64,000 nt of DNA from an uncultured Holophaga sp. (GTDB lineage Bacteria; Acidobacteriota; Holophagae; Holophagales; Holophagaceae), in contig OY761614.1 of assembly GCA_963664825.1 (NCBI GenBank), positions 1,056,001 through 1,120,000 of the forward strand. Reading direction: 5' to 3'. Numbering within the stretch: position 1 is the stretch's first letter; every line of letters starts with the position of its first letter. The notes below the pieces were generated by a model. It searched no databases. It was not told the DNA's origin and worked only from the letters and a program-made list of their open reading frames with translations. Positions 37,703 through 46,196 of the stretch are shown here, piece after piece. A program made the position numbers and the translations under genes.

Positions 37703-38464
37703 ATGAAAAGCCTCAAGACCCTCGTGGCTCTCCTGGTCCTATCCATGGCCTCCCTCGCCCATGGGGGGGATAGGGTCACGGTGGCCGCCGCCGCCTCCCT
37801 CAAGCAGGCTCTTGCGGAAGTGGCCGAGGGCTTCCGCTGGGCCCACCCCGGGGATGAAATCACCCTGGTGTTCAGTTCCTCCGGCAAGGCCATGACCCAG
37901 ATCCAGCAGGGCGCGCCCTACGATATCTTTCTCTCTGCCGATACGGAATTTCCCCAGCAGCTGGTGCAGGCCGGACTGGCGGCCTCCCAGGTCAAGATTT
38001 ATGCGGTGGGCCATCTCGTCCTCTGGAGTTCGACCCTGGAGGCCCGGCAGCTGAACCTGCAGAACCTCACGGATGCCCGCATCCAGCACATCGCCATCGC
38101 CAATCCCAAGCTGGCCCCCTATGGCAAGCGGGCCGAGGAGGCCCTGAGGGCCACCGGCATGTGGCCCAAGGTGGAGAGCAGGCTCGTCTACGGTGAAAAC
38201 ATCTCCCAGGCCGCCCAGTTCGCCCTGACGGGGACTGCCCAGGTGGGCCTGGTGGCCCTCTCCCTGGCCCTCACCCCCGAGATGAAGGGCAAGGGCAACT
38301 ACACCCTGGTGCCCGAGCATCTGCACCAGCCCCTGGCCCAGGGCTACGTAATTCTCAAGAAGGGCGCCCATCGGCCCCTGGTCAGGCAGTTCGGGGACTA
38401 CCTCCTCACACCATCCGCCCAGGCCATCTTCGGCAAGTACGGGTTTTCCTCCCCCAGCAAGTAG
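37703..38464 (+). CDS. modA: Molybdate ABC transporter substrate-binding protein
   Basis: AAAASL, SSGK..QIQQGAPYDIFLSA, IAIANPKLAPYG, GENISQ. Confidence 0.95.
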   Translation: MKSLKTLVALLVLSMASLAHGGDRVTVAAAASLKQALAEVAEGFRWAHPGDEITLVFSSSGKAMTQIQQGAPYDIFLSADTEFPQQLVQAGLAASQVKIYAVGHLVLWSSTLEARQLNLQNLTDARIQHIAIANPKLAPYGKRAEEALRATGMWPKVESRLVYGENISQAAQFALTGTAQVGLVALSLALTPEMKGKGNYTLVPEHLHQPLAQGYVILKKGAHRPLVRQFGDYLLTPSAQAIFGKYGFSSPSK

Positions 38465-38478
38465 TCCGGAAAGGGTCC

Positions 38479-39147
38479 ATGTTTCTCGCCGAGGGAGATC
38501 TCCAGGCCCTGCTGCTCACCACCAAGCTGGCGGCCACCACCACCGCCATCCTCCTGGTGGTGGGAACCCCTGTGGCCTGGTGGCTGGCCCGGAGCCGCTC
38601 CTGGTGGAAGGGGCCCGTGGGAGCGGTGGTGGCCCTCCCCATGATCCTGCCCCCCTCGGTGCTGGGCTTCTACCTGCTCCTGCTCCTGGGACCGGCGGGA
38701 CCCGTGGGGCGCCTGACCCAATGGCTGGGCCTGGGCACCCTCCCCTTCACCTTCCCGGGACTGGTCCTGGCCTCGGTCTTCTATTCGGCCCCCTTCCTGA
38801 TTCAGCCCCTCCAGACGGCCTTCGAGGCCATCGGAACCCGGCCCCTGGAAGTGGCGGCCACCCTTGGGGCGGGGCCCCTGGATCGCTTCTTCACCGTGGC
38901 AGTGCCCCTGGCGCGCTCGGGACTTTGCACGGCTGCGGTACTGGCCTTCGCCCACACGGTTGGAGAGTTCGGCGTCGTGTTGATGATCGGCGGCAACCTC
39001 CCGGGGGTCACGCGAGTGGCCTCGGTCCAGCTCTACGACCATGTGGACGCCATGGAACATGCCCAGGCCCATCACTTGGCGGGGGTCCTCCTGGCCTTCT
39101 CCTTCCTGGTGCTGCTGGCGGTACACCTCTGGAGGAAGAAGGCGTGA
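38479..39147 (+). CDS. modB: Molybdate ABC transporter permease
   Basis: LPMILPPSVLGFYLL, AFAHTVGEFG. Confidence 0.95.
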   Translation: MFLAEGDLQALLLTTKLAATTTAILLVVGTPVAWWLARSRSWWKGPVGAVVALPMILPPSVLGFYLLLLLGPAGPVGRLTQWLGLGTLPFTFPGLVLASVFYSAPFLIQPLQTAFEAIGTRPLEVAATLGAGPLDRFFTVAVPLARSGLCTAAVLAFAHTVGEFGVVLMIGGNLPGVTRVASVQLYDHVDAMEHAQAHHLAGVLLAFSFLVLLAVHLWRKKA

Positions 39148-40214
39148 ACGGTCTGATCCTGGCCCGCTTCTCCATGCCCCTGGACACCTTCTGTCTGGAG
39201 GTGGACCTCCGGCTGCCGCACCAGGGGATCACGGCCCTCTTCGGCCCCTCGGGCTCGGGCAAGACCACCCTCCTTCGCTGCATCGCCGGCCTGGAGCGCA
39301 CGACGGGCCATCTCTCGATCAACGGAGAGGTCTGGCAGGACGAGCACCACTTCCTGCCCACCCACCGCCGCCCCTTGGGCTATGTGTTCCAGGAGGCCAG
39401 CCTCTTCCCCCATCTCAGCGTCCGGGGGAACCTGGTCTATGGCCGGGAGCGCTCCCGTCAGGAACCGCGCGTCAGTCTGGATAAGGCCGTGGAATTTCTG
39501 GGCATCGGCCCCCTCATGGATCGGAAACCGGACAAGCTCTCCGGCGGAGAGCGCCAGCGCGTGGCCATCGCCCGCGCCCTGGCTGTGAGCCCCCGGCTCC
39601 TCCTCATGGACGAGCCCCTGGCTTCCCTGGATCAGGCCCTCAAGCAGGAGATCCTGCCCTACCTGGAGCGCCTCCACGACGAACTGGATATCCCCATCCT
39701 CTATGTCAGCCATTCCGCCGACGAAGTGGCCCGGCTGGCCGATCACCTGGTGCTGCTCCAGGAGGGGCGGGCCGTGGCCCAGGGCCCCCTGGCGGAGACC
39801 CTGGCCCGCCTGGACCTCCCCATCCGCCTGGGGGAGGAGGCCGGCGTGGTGCTCGAAACCCAGGTGACCGAGAGGGATGCAGCCTGGCACTTGGCCCGTC
39901 TGGATTTCCCAGGCGGTAGCCTCTGGGCCCGGGATGGGGGGCACTCCCTGGGAAAGCACGTCCGTGTGCGGGTCCTGGCCCGGGATATCAGCCTGGCCCT
40001 GGAGCACCCGCAGCACACCAGCATCCAGAACCTCCTGCCCGCTCGGGTGGAGGCCCTTGCCCCCGACGAACACCCGGGCCTCAGCCTGGTGCGCTTGAAG
40101 GTCGGCGATTCCGCCCTCCTGGCCCGCCTCACCCAGCGCTCGGCCCATGCCCTGGAGATCCGGCCGGGGCTGGAGCTCTACGCCCAGATCAAATCCGTGG
40201 CCCTCCTCGACTAG
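39144..40214 (+). CDS. modC: Molybdate ABC transporter ATPase
   Basis: GPSGSGKT, LSGGERQR, LLMDEP, C-terminal TOBE domain (YAQIKSVAL); GTGA overlap with modB. Confidence 0.95.
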   Translation: MNGLILARFSMPLDTFCLEVDLRLPHQGITALFGPSGSGKTTLLRCIAGLERTTGHLSINGEVWQDEHHFLPTHRRPLGYVFQEASLFPHLSVRGNLVYGRERSRQEPRVSLDKAVEFLGIGPLMDRKPDKLSGGERQRVAIARALAVSPRLLLMDEPLASLDQALKQEILPYLERLHDELDIPILYVSHSADEVARLADHLVLLQEGRAVAQGPLAETLARLDLPIRLGEEAGVVLETQVTERDAAWHLARLDFPGGSLWARDGGHSLGKHVRVRVLARDISLALEHPQHTSIQNLLPARVEALAPDEHPGLSLVRLKVGDSALLARLTQRSAHALEIRPGLELYAQIKSVALLD

Positions 40215-41386
40215 GGAGCCATGTAGGGCCGCAGGTACCCGTAGACCCACCAGGCAAGTTGTCCGAAGACCAGGACGATCAAAATCCACTTGATGAGGGT
40301 CTTGGGACTGACACCGTCTTCCAGGGGAGCGGAGGCCGGGGCACTGTGGGGGATGGGCGCGGGACGGAAACCGGGATTGGTCTGTTCGGATTCCAGTTCG
40401 ATGCGCATCCCGGCGCCGGTGGGCGAGAGGTGCGGCCGCCCGGTCGTGCGGGAGACCGCCATCCCGGACCCGGAATCCATACCGGCCGAAGCCCGGGAGC
40501 GAGAGCGCCGCAGGGGAACGATATCCCCGGCATGATCATCGTGACGGAACAGCTCTTCCACCCGGTCCCGGGCCGCGTCTTCCAGGGGATAGGCGTCGAT
40601 GAGGGCCGTCAGGAATTCCATCAGGGTCTCGTAGCGTTCCTCGGGATCGAAGTTCAGGGCCTTCCGGAAGACATTGGCCATATCCCCGGACATGCCCCGA
40701 GGCACGGCGATGGGTTCGTGGAGCACATGGGTGATCACAGCGGCCAGGTTGGGCCCCGGATGGGGCAACTGGCCCGTCACGAGCTCGAAGGCGGTCACAC
40801 CGAAGGCATAGCGATCGGAGCTGGGGGTCGGTTCGACGCCCTTCAGGAGCTCCGGCGCGCTGTAGGCCGGGCTGCCCAGGAACTCCCCCTGAGTCGTGAG
40901 GCGCGGGGCCATGGTCTTGGCGATGCCGAAATCCATGAGCTTCACGCGGCCATCTTCGCTCACCAGGATATTGTCGGGCTTCACATCCCGGTGGATGATG
41001 GCGTGCCGATGGGCAGCCCGGAGGGCTCGCATGGCCTGCACCAGGATCCCGAGGCGGGTCTCCGCGTCCAGGCTCCCTTCCCGGATGTACTTGCCCAGGC
41101 TCTGGCCTTCGACCAGTTCCATGGCCAGGAAGGGACCGAAGTCGGGTTCCTCCCCCACGTCATAGATGGTGACGACATTGGGATGGTTCAGCTGGGCCGA
41201 GACCTCGGCCTCGCGCTTGAAGCGCTCCAGGGCCACATCGCGCTCCTCGCCGATGGCCCGCACCACCTTGATGGCCAGGCGCCGCTTCAGGAGGGGGTCC
41301 TCGGCGAGGTAGACCGTGCCCATCGCCCCCTGGCCCAGGGGACGAATAACCTGGTATCGCCCGATATTTCTGGGGTGTTCAGCCAT
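40211..41386 (-). CDS. Hanks-type Ser/Thr protein kinase with C-terminal TM anchor
   Basis: LGQGAMGTVY, AIK, HRDVKPDN, DFG, YSAPE; terminal hydrophobic helix. Confidence 0.92.
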   Translation of the reverse strand: MAEHPRNIGRYQVIRPLGQGAMGTVYLAEDPLLKRRLAIKVVRAIGEERDVALERFKREAEVSAQLNHPNVVTIYDVGEEPDFGPFLAMELVEGQSLGKYIREGSLDAETRLGILVQAMRALRAAHRHAIIHRDVKPDNILVSEDGRVKLMDFGIAKTMAPRLTTQGEFLGSPAYSAPELLKGVEPTPSSDRYAFGVTAFELVTGQLPHPGPNLAAVITHVLHEPIAVPRGMSGDMANVFRKALNFDPEERYETLMEFLTALIDAYPLEDAARDRVEELFRHDDHAGDIVPLRRSRSRASAGMDSGSGMAVSRTTGRPHLSPTGAGMRIELESEQTNPGFRPAPIPHSAPASAPLEDGVSPKTLIKWILIVLVFGQLAWWVYGYLRPYMAP

Positions 41387-41533
41387 GAGTCTACCGATCT
41401 TCAATGATAGCCGTGGGGAGTGCCCTGGGGTCCATACCTTTCCTGGAGGCCATGGCGCTAGAATCGTATTTCCTGTCTTGGGTCGCGACTGAGCGGACCC
41501 ACCGGCATGGATCAACCCCCTGCAAGGAGCCCC

Positions 41534-42109
41534 ATGGCCGCCCTCATTGAAGCCATCAGCATCAAGCGCAAGATGTACTTCGAATTCGAAGGAACACCCT
41601 ACCACTGCCTGGACGTGGAGGTCTCCACGCCCACGGCCCGGGGCGGTCAGACCCTCGTCCGCCTCAAGATGCGCAACATGCTCAGCCGCGCCGTCTTTGA
41701 CAAGACATTCAAGGCCGGGGACAAGTTCGCCGAACCCGATCTCGCCATGGTGCCCGCCAGCTTCCTCTATGCCGATGGCCAGGGAGCCCACTTCATGGAT
41801 CAGGAGAGCTACGAAACCCATACCCTTAACGCGGAGATGATGGGCGATGCCCTGGATTTCCTGGTGGACGGCCAGATCATCCAGATCCAGAAGTACAACG
41901 GAAACCCCATCGGCCTCCAGCTGCCCACCCATGTGGAACTGGCCGTCACCTACACCGAGCCCGGCGCCCGGGGTGACACGGCCTCCGGCAATGTCATGAA
42001 GCCCGCCAAGCTGGAGACCGGCCTCGAGATCAAAGTGCCCCTCTTCATCAAGGAGGGCGAGAAGGTGAAGGTGGCCACCGAGACCCGGGAGTTTGCGGGG
42101 CGCGCGTGA
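41534..42109 (+). CDS. Elongation factor P family protein, EfpL/YeiP-like loop
   Basis: EF-P fold motifs (FMDQESYE, PGARGDTA, LETG, VPLFI); tip loop TPTARGG; AAGGAG RBS. Confidence 0.9.
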   Translation: MAALIEAISIKRKMYFEFEGTPYHCLDVEVSTPTARGGQTLVRLKMRNMLSRAVFDKTFKAGDKFAEPDLAMVPASFLYADGQGAHFMDQESYETHTLNAEMMGDALDFLVDGQIIQIQKYNGNPIGLQLPTHVELAVTYTEPGARGDTASGNVMKPAKLETGLEIKVPLFIKEGEKVKVATETREFAGRA

Positions 42110-43194
42110 GAAAATTCCGTCTAGGCCAAAGCCGCGAGGCCCGCGATCTGGACGGTTCAGATGTCTACGCCCGGGAGGGACGGGCCCAGAGCAAGCGCCG
42201 CCAACAGAGCGCCGATCGCCTCCAGACGGGCATCGAGGCCCACGATTCGGACACCATGCTCTTCCTGCCCGATGCCGCGCCCTGGATGCATTACGAAGAG
42301 GCCACTCTCATCCAGCGGCACAGCCAATGGGTGGACCTGGAACTGGCCGACCGCAGCCTGCTCCACGCCACCCTAGCCGGGAAGCTCAAGGGCGTGAAGC
42401 TGGTGGTGGGGGACCGGGTGCGCTATTCGCCAGTACCCATCGATGCGGTGGACCCCACGGGGCCCCAGGCCCAGGTGGTGGCCGTGATGCCCCGGCGGAC
42501 CCTGCTCAAGCGGGGCGGCATCGACGACCGGGAGCCCTGGCAGCTCATCGCGGCCAACGCCGACGAACTGTGGGCCTGCGCCGCCGTGGTGGACCCGGTG
42601 CTGAGACCGGGCCTGCTGGAACGGGCCCAGACACTCGCCCTGGCCGCAGGCCTCACGTTCCGGGTGATCGTCACGAAACGGGACAAGGCCAGTCCCAAGG
42701 ACACCCTTCCTGAACTGGATCCCCTGCGGGAGCAGGGTGTGCCCATGGTGGAGACGAGCTCCCTTCATGCCACTGGCCTGGAAGAACTGAAGGAATTGCT
42801 CCGGAGCCGCGTGGTGGTGCTGGTGGGCCACAGCGGCGTGGGAAAGAGCGCGCTGGTGAACGCCCTGATGCCCGAACTGACTCTCAAGACCGGGGTCATG
42901 AGTCGCTATGGCACGGGGCGTCAGACCACCACGGCGGCCCGTTGGCTGCCCACCCCCTTCGGCGGCACCCTCATTGATACCCCCGGCATCCGCACCCTCA
43001 GCGTGCGCGGTATCGACCGCGCCCTCCTCCATCGAATCTTTCCGGAACTGCCCTCGGAATGGGTCGAGGATCCCTCTGGCCTGGATCCCGAAGACGAGGC
43101 CCTCGAGCTCCGCTACCCGGAGCGCCTCCAGAGCCTTCAGCGCTTATGGGAGGAAATGGGCGAACGGAATCCCAACCAGAGCAGCTACAGCTGA
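42106..43194 (+). CDS. rsgA: Ribosome small subunit-dependent GTPase A-like (circularly permuted GTPase)
   Basis: VVGDRV, TKRD, GHSGVGKS, GRQTTT, DTPG in G4-G1-G2-G3 order. Confidence 0.85.
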   Translation: MRKFRLGQSREARDLDGSDVYAREGRAQSKRRQQSADRLQTGIEAHDSDTMLFLPDAAPWMHYEEATLIQRHSQWVDLELADRSLLHATLAGKLKGVKLVVGDRVRYSPVPIDAVDPTGPQAQVVAVMPRRTLLKRGGIDDREPWQLIAANADELWACAAVVDPVLRPGLLERAQTLALAAGLTFRVIVTKRDKASPKDTLPELDPLREQGVPMVETSSLHATGLEELKELLRSRVVVLVGHSGVGKSALVNALMPELTLKTGVMSRYGTGRQTTTAARWLPTPFGGTLIDTPGIRTLSVRGIDRALLHRIFPELPSEWVEDPSGLDPEDEALELRYPERLQSLQRLWEEMGERNPNQSSYS

Positions 43195-43233
43195 GGGCGC
43201 GATGCCTCTTGCCCGAGGTGAACCCGATCGGCC

Positions 43234-43605
43234 CTATCGCAGCTGGGGACGCGCGGAAGAACGGCGCCGCGCTGCCCCCCAGAAATAGACCCTCCGGGCG
43301 CAGGACGAGACGCCAGGAAGGCCCATCAGGGGCGCGAGCAGGCGCCAGCGCGGCAGGCGGCGGAGGACCCAGGTGAGCACCTCGGCCCCCGCGCGCACCT
43401 CGCGGGTCCCCATATCCACGGCATGGATCTCCAGATGCAGGGGGCGCCCAGCCAGTTCAGGGGCCATCCTGGGGAGTTCTGCATTCTGAAGGGGAAAAGT
43501 GACCACCAGACCCCATCGATCCCGGCGCCGCACCCAGTCCATCATCCTGCAGCAGAGCGCACATTCCCCGTCATAGGCCACCAGCAGAGGCGCGGGCCGA
43601 GACAT
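43234..43605 (-). CDS. DCC-family thiol-disulfide oxidoreductase (DUF393)
   Basis: AYDGECALC motif. Confidence 0.85.
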   Translation of the reverse strand: MSRPAPLLVAYDGECALCCRMMDWVRRRDRWGLVVTFPLQNAELPRMAPELAGRPLHLEIHAVDMGTREVRAGAEVLTWVLRRLPRWRLLAPLMGLPGVSSCARRVYFWGAARRRSSARPQLR

Positions 43606-45038
43606 CAAAGGGGCTGCGGGACCAGAAGCCCCAGGAGGGCCTTGCCCCAGGCAACCATGGACAGGACGCCCTTGGGAGGCGTCAGGGTTCTTTGGTAGCG
43701 GCGCAGTTCGCCCTCGTGGTTGATGACGAAATCACTCTCTTCCAGGTAGGTCGCCACCGGCAGACGGGCCGTGGCGACCTGACTCAACTCCGAGGGGAGG
43801 GGTTCTAGCACCAGGCTGAAGGCCGCCCCTTCGACGATCTGACGCAGCTGCTGGTTCTCGTGATGGCTGCTGAATTCGGCATCGTGGAGCACCAGTACGG
43901 CCTTCACTTCCCCCTCTCGGATGAGGTCCAACAATTCGCCCAGGTGACCGAAACGGTAGCCCCGCTCGGCGAAGCCCCGGCGATTGAAGATGCCATCCCC
44001 GCTGCCCTGGAGTTCGGGATAGAGCAGGGGGTAGCGCCGGTCCCCGCTGCCGAAGCAGAGTTCCTCGCGGCCCGCCAGGGCGGCCCAGCGCTGGGCCGCA
44101 TCACACCCGAAGGTGCCTTGCCCCACCACGGCCACCGTGCCAGCCCCACGGAGAACCTCGGCGATGGACTCCAGGGTGGCGGGCTGGCCCTTCAACTCGG
44201 GCTGGACCAGCCGGGTTGCGGCCTCGAGGTTATAGCGGGCATAGGCCTGGCGTTCCTCGTCGAAGAGGAAACGGGTGGCCCGCTTCCGCTCCAGTGGCCT
44301 GGGACGGAAGCGCCAGACCCGGTTCTCGTCCACATCGGCCCACAGGGGGCTGGCCATGGCCGAATGGCGACTGATGGTGGGGATGGGTTTGAGATACCAG
44401 ACCCGCTTGGTGAAGCGGAAATCCCGGCTGGTGAGCGCTCCCACCGGACATAGATCCACCACGTTCCCCGCCAGGGGATTCGAATCCATGGAGAGCCCTT
44501 CGAAGGTCGTCACTTCGAGCTGGGCGCCCCGATTGGCCATGGTCAGTTCGGAGGTCTTGGAGATCTCCTGGGTGAAGCGGACGCAGCGCGTGCAGTGGAT
44601 GCAGCGGTTCTTGTCTAGAACGATCTTGGCGCCCAGATCCTCGTACCGGTAGCGCCGCTTGGGCTCCCCCATGCGGGAATCGCCGCTGCCGTACTGGTAG
44701 CTGTAGTCCTGGAGCTTGCATTCACCAGCCTGGTCGCAGATGGGGCAGTCCAGGGGATGGTTGAGGAGCAGGAATTCCATCACGGCGGCCCGGGCATCGG
44801 AGACCGCGGGCGACTGGGTGCTGACCTCCATGCCCTCGGCAGCGAAGGTCGTGCAGGAGGTCGCTAATTTAAGCTGGCCCTTGATCTCCACCATGCACAT
44901 GCGGCAGGTGGCCACCACCGTCAGGGCCGGGTGATAGCAGTAGTGCGGGATCTCGAAGCCCGCCTCCTGGCAGGCATCCAGCAGCAGCGTGCCGGGCTCC
45001 ACAGTCACGGAGATATCGTTGATCTTCAGCGTCGGCAT
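43605..45038 (-). CDS. NuoG/Nqo3-like Fe-S protein, stand-alone and shortened
   Basis: IPHYCYHP..CRMC..C (2Fe-2S), NHPLDCPICDQAGEC, CIHCTRC...DLCPVGAL. Confidence 0.85.
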   Translation of the reverse strand: MPTLKINDISVTVEPGTLLLDACQEAGFEIPHYCYHPALTVVATCRMCMVEIKGQLKLATSCTTFAAEGMEVSTQSPAVSDARAAVMEFLLLNHPLDCPICDQAGECKLQDYSYQYGSGDSRMGEPKRRYRYEDLGAKIVLDKNRCIHCTRCVRFTQEISKTSELTMANRGAQLEVTTFEGLSMDSNPLAGNVVDLCPVGALTSRDFRFTKRVWYLKPIPTISRHSAMASPLWADVDENRVWRFRPRPLERKRATRFLFDEERQAYARYNLEAATRLVQPELKGQPATLESIAEVLRGAGTVAVVGQGTFGCDAAQRWAALAGREELCFGSGDRRYPLLYPELQGSGDGIFNRRGFAERGYRFGHLGELLDLIREGEVKAVLVLHDAEFSSHHENQQLRQIVEGAAFSLVLEPLPSELSQVATARLPVATYLEESDFVINHEGELRRYQRTLTPPKGVLSMVAWGKALLGLLVPQPL

Positions 45039-45087
45039 GAACCACCCTGCCCTTCAGATGTCCTGGTGCGGAGGATCCGCTCCCAAT

Positions 45088-45429
45088 TCAGGCATGGCCA
45101 GGGCTCGCGACCAGGCAATGACGGCAGAAAGCCAGGAAATCCTTCAGGTCCGGAACGTCCACATTCACGTTGGAGGGCACCACGTGAGGGATCACGATGC
45201 GCTTCTGGAGTTCCCCGCAGGCCTCCAGGGAAAACACGAACCAGGCCATCCGATCCCCCTCGGAGGAGAGGTTGACCGATACCACCCGGGTCTCGAAGAA
45301 GAGCTGGGGACGGGTATCGGTATCCTCGATGACGCGCCATCCGGGGAAGTGCCCGCGTTTGACGAAGGCCTCCTTCAGTTCCTCAAGCGTGTGCTGGACC
45401 GTGAACTGGACTTCAACCTGGACATCCAT
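45088..45429 (-). CDS. Hypothetical protein
   Basis: GGAGG RBS; protein-like composition; co-oriented with neighbours. Confidence 0.65.
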   Translation of the reverse strand: MDVQVEVQFTVQHTLEELKEAFVKRGHFPGWRVIEDTDTRPQLFFETRVVSVNLSSEGDRMAWFVFSLEACGELQKRIVIPHVVPSNVNVDVPDLKDFLAFCRHCLVASPGHA

Positions 45430-45474
45430 GATCCCTCCCATGTCTTTCCATCGGCTTGCAAAACGGGCGATACC

Positions 45475-46077
45475 CTAAAGATGGATGCCCAGGGCCACTT
45501 CCACCACGGAGCCGGACTTGGATCCGCCCTGGACGTTCTCGGTCTGGAGCCCGGCCAGATGCAGCTCCAGGCTCAGGGCTTCCGTGAATCGGAAACCCAC
45601 ACAGAACACCGGTTTGGTCGAAGCCGCTCGGACGCCCTTGAGCTTGATCCGAAGATCGCCCCCGTCGGCTGCGGCGCCAGGCACGGTAGTGGTCTGTTCG
45701 GCACGCAGGCTGTAATGCCTGAGGCCGCCCTGAAGGTAGAGCCCATCCAGGGAACTGGCCGTGAAGCAGTAACGATAGGCGACGCCCCCGAAAAAGCCAT
45801 CGCTTCCACTATCAATGGTCGTGTTCGAAGCCGCCTGGGTCCTGGAGGTAGGGAAGACCCGGTAGCCCCCCTCGAAGACCAGGTGATGATTCCGGGCGAA
45901 GGGATAGACCCCCTCGATGCCCAGCCCATATACCTTGTCCTGTCCGATGCTGGCCTTTTCGGCGCCGCTCATCATTCCGGCGGAAAGATTGAAACTCGAA
46001 TCCCAGAGATCCTGACCCTGAAGACAGAGCCCGCTTCCCAGGATAAACGCGAGACTCAGCATGGCAGCGCGCAACAT
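45475..46077 (-). CDS. Outer membrane beta-barrel (OmpA/OmpW-like) protein
   Basis: Signal peptide; alternating strands (YGLGIEG, GVAYRY, VGFRF); C-terminal VALGIHL. Confidence 0.7.
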   Translation of the reverse strand: MLRAAMLSLAFILGSGLCLQGQDLWDSSFNLSAGMMSGAEKASIGQDKVYGLGIEGVYPFARNHHLVFEGGYRVFPTSRTQAASNTTIDSGSDGFFGGVAYRYCFTASSLDGLYLQGGLRHYSLRAEQTTTVPGAAADGGDLRIKLKGVRAASTKPVFCVGFRFTEALSLELHLAGLQTENVQGGSKSGSVVEVALGIHL

Positions 46078-46196
46078 CTTTCCCCCAGTGGGGCCGATGA
46101 AAGGCAAGGCCCACCCAATGACCGAGAGAATAGCAGGGAACCCGAGCTTCCTACAGACGCCTCCCCCGTGGGAAAATGCCCTTTTGCGAGGCATCC

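Noticed and set aside
46078..46196. Possible ZTP (pfl) riboswitch upstream of purH
   Set aside because: Conserved GACUGGCG and CGCCUGGG elements not found; the region is a short divergent promoter
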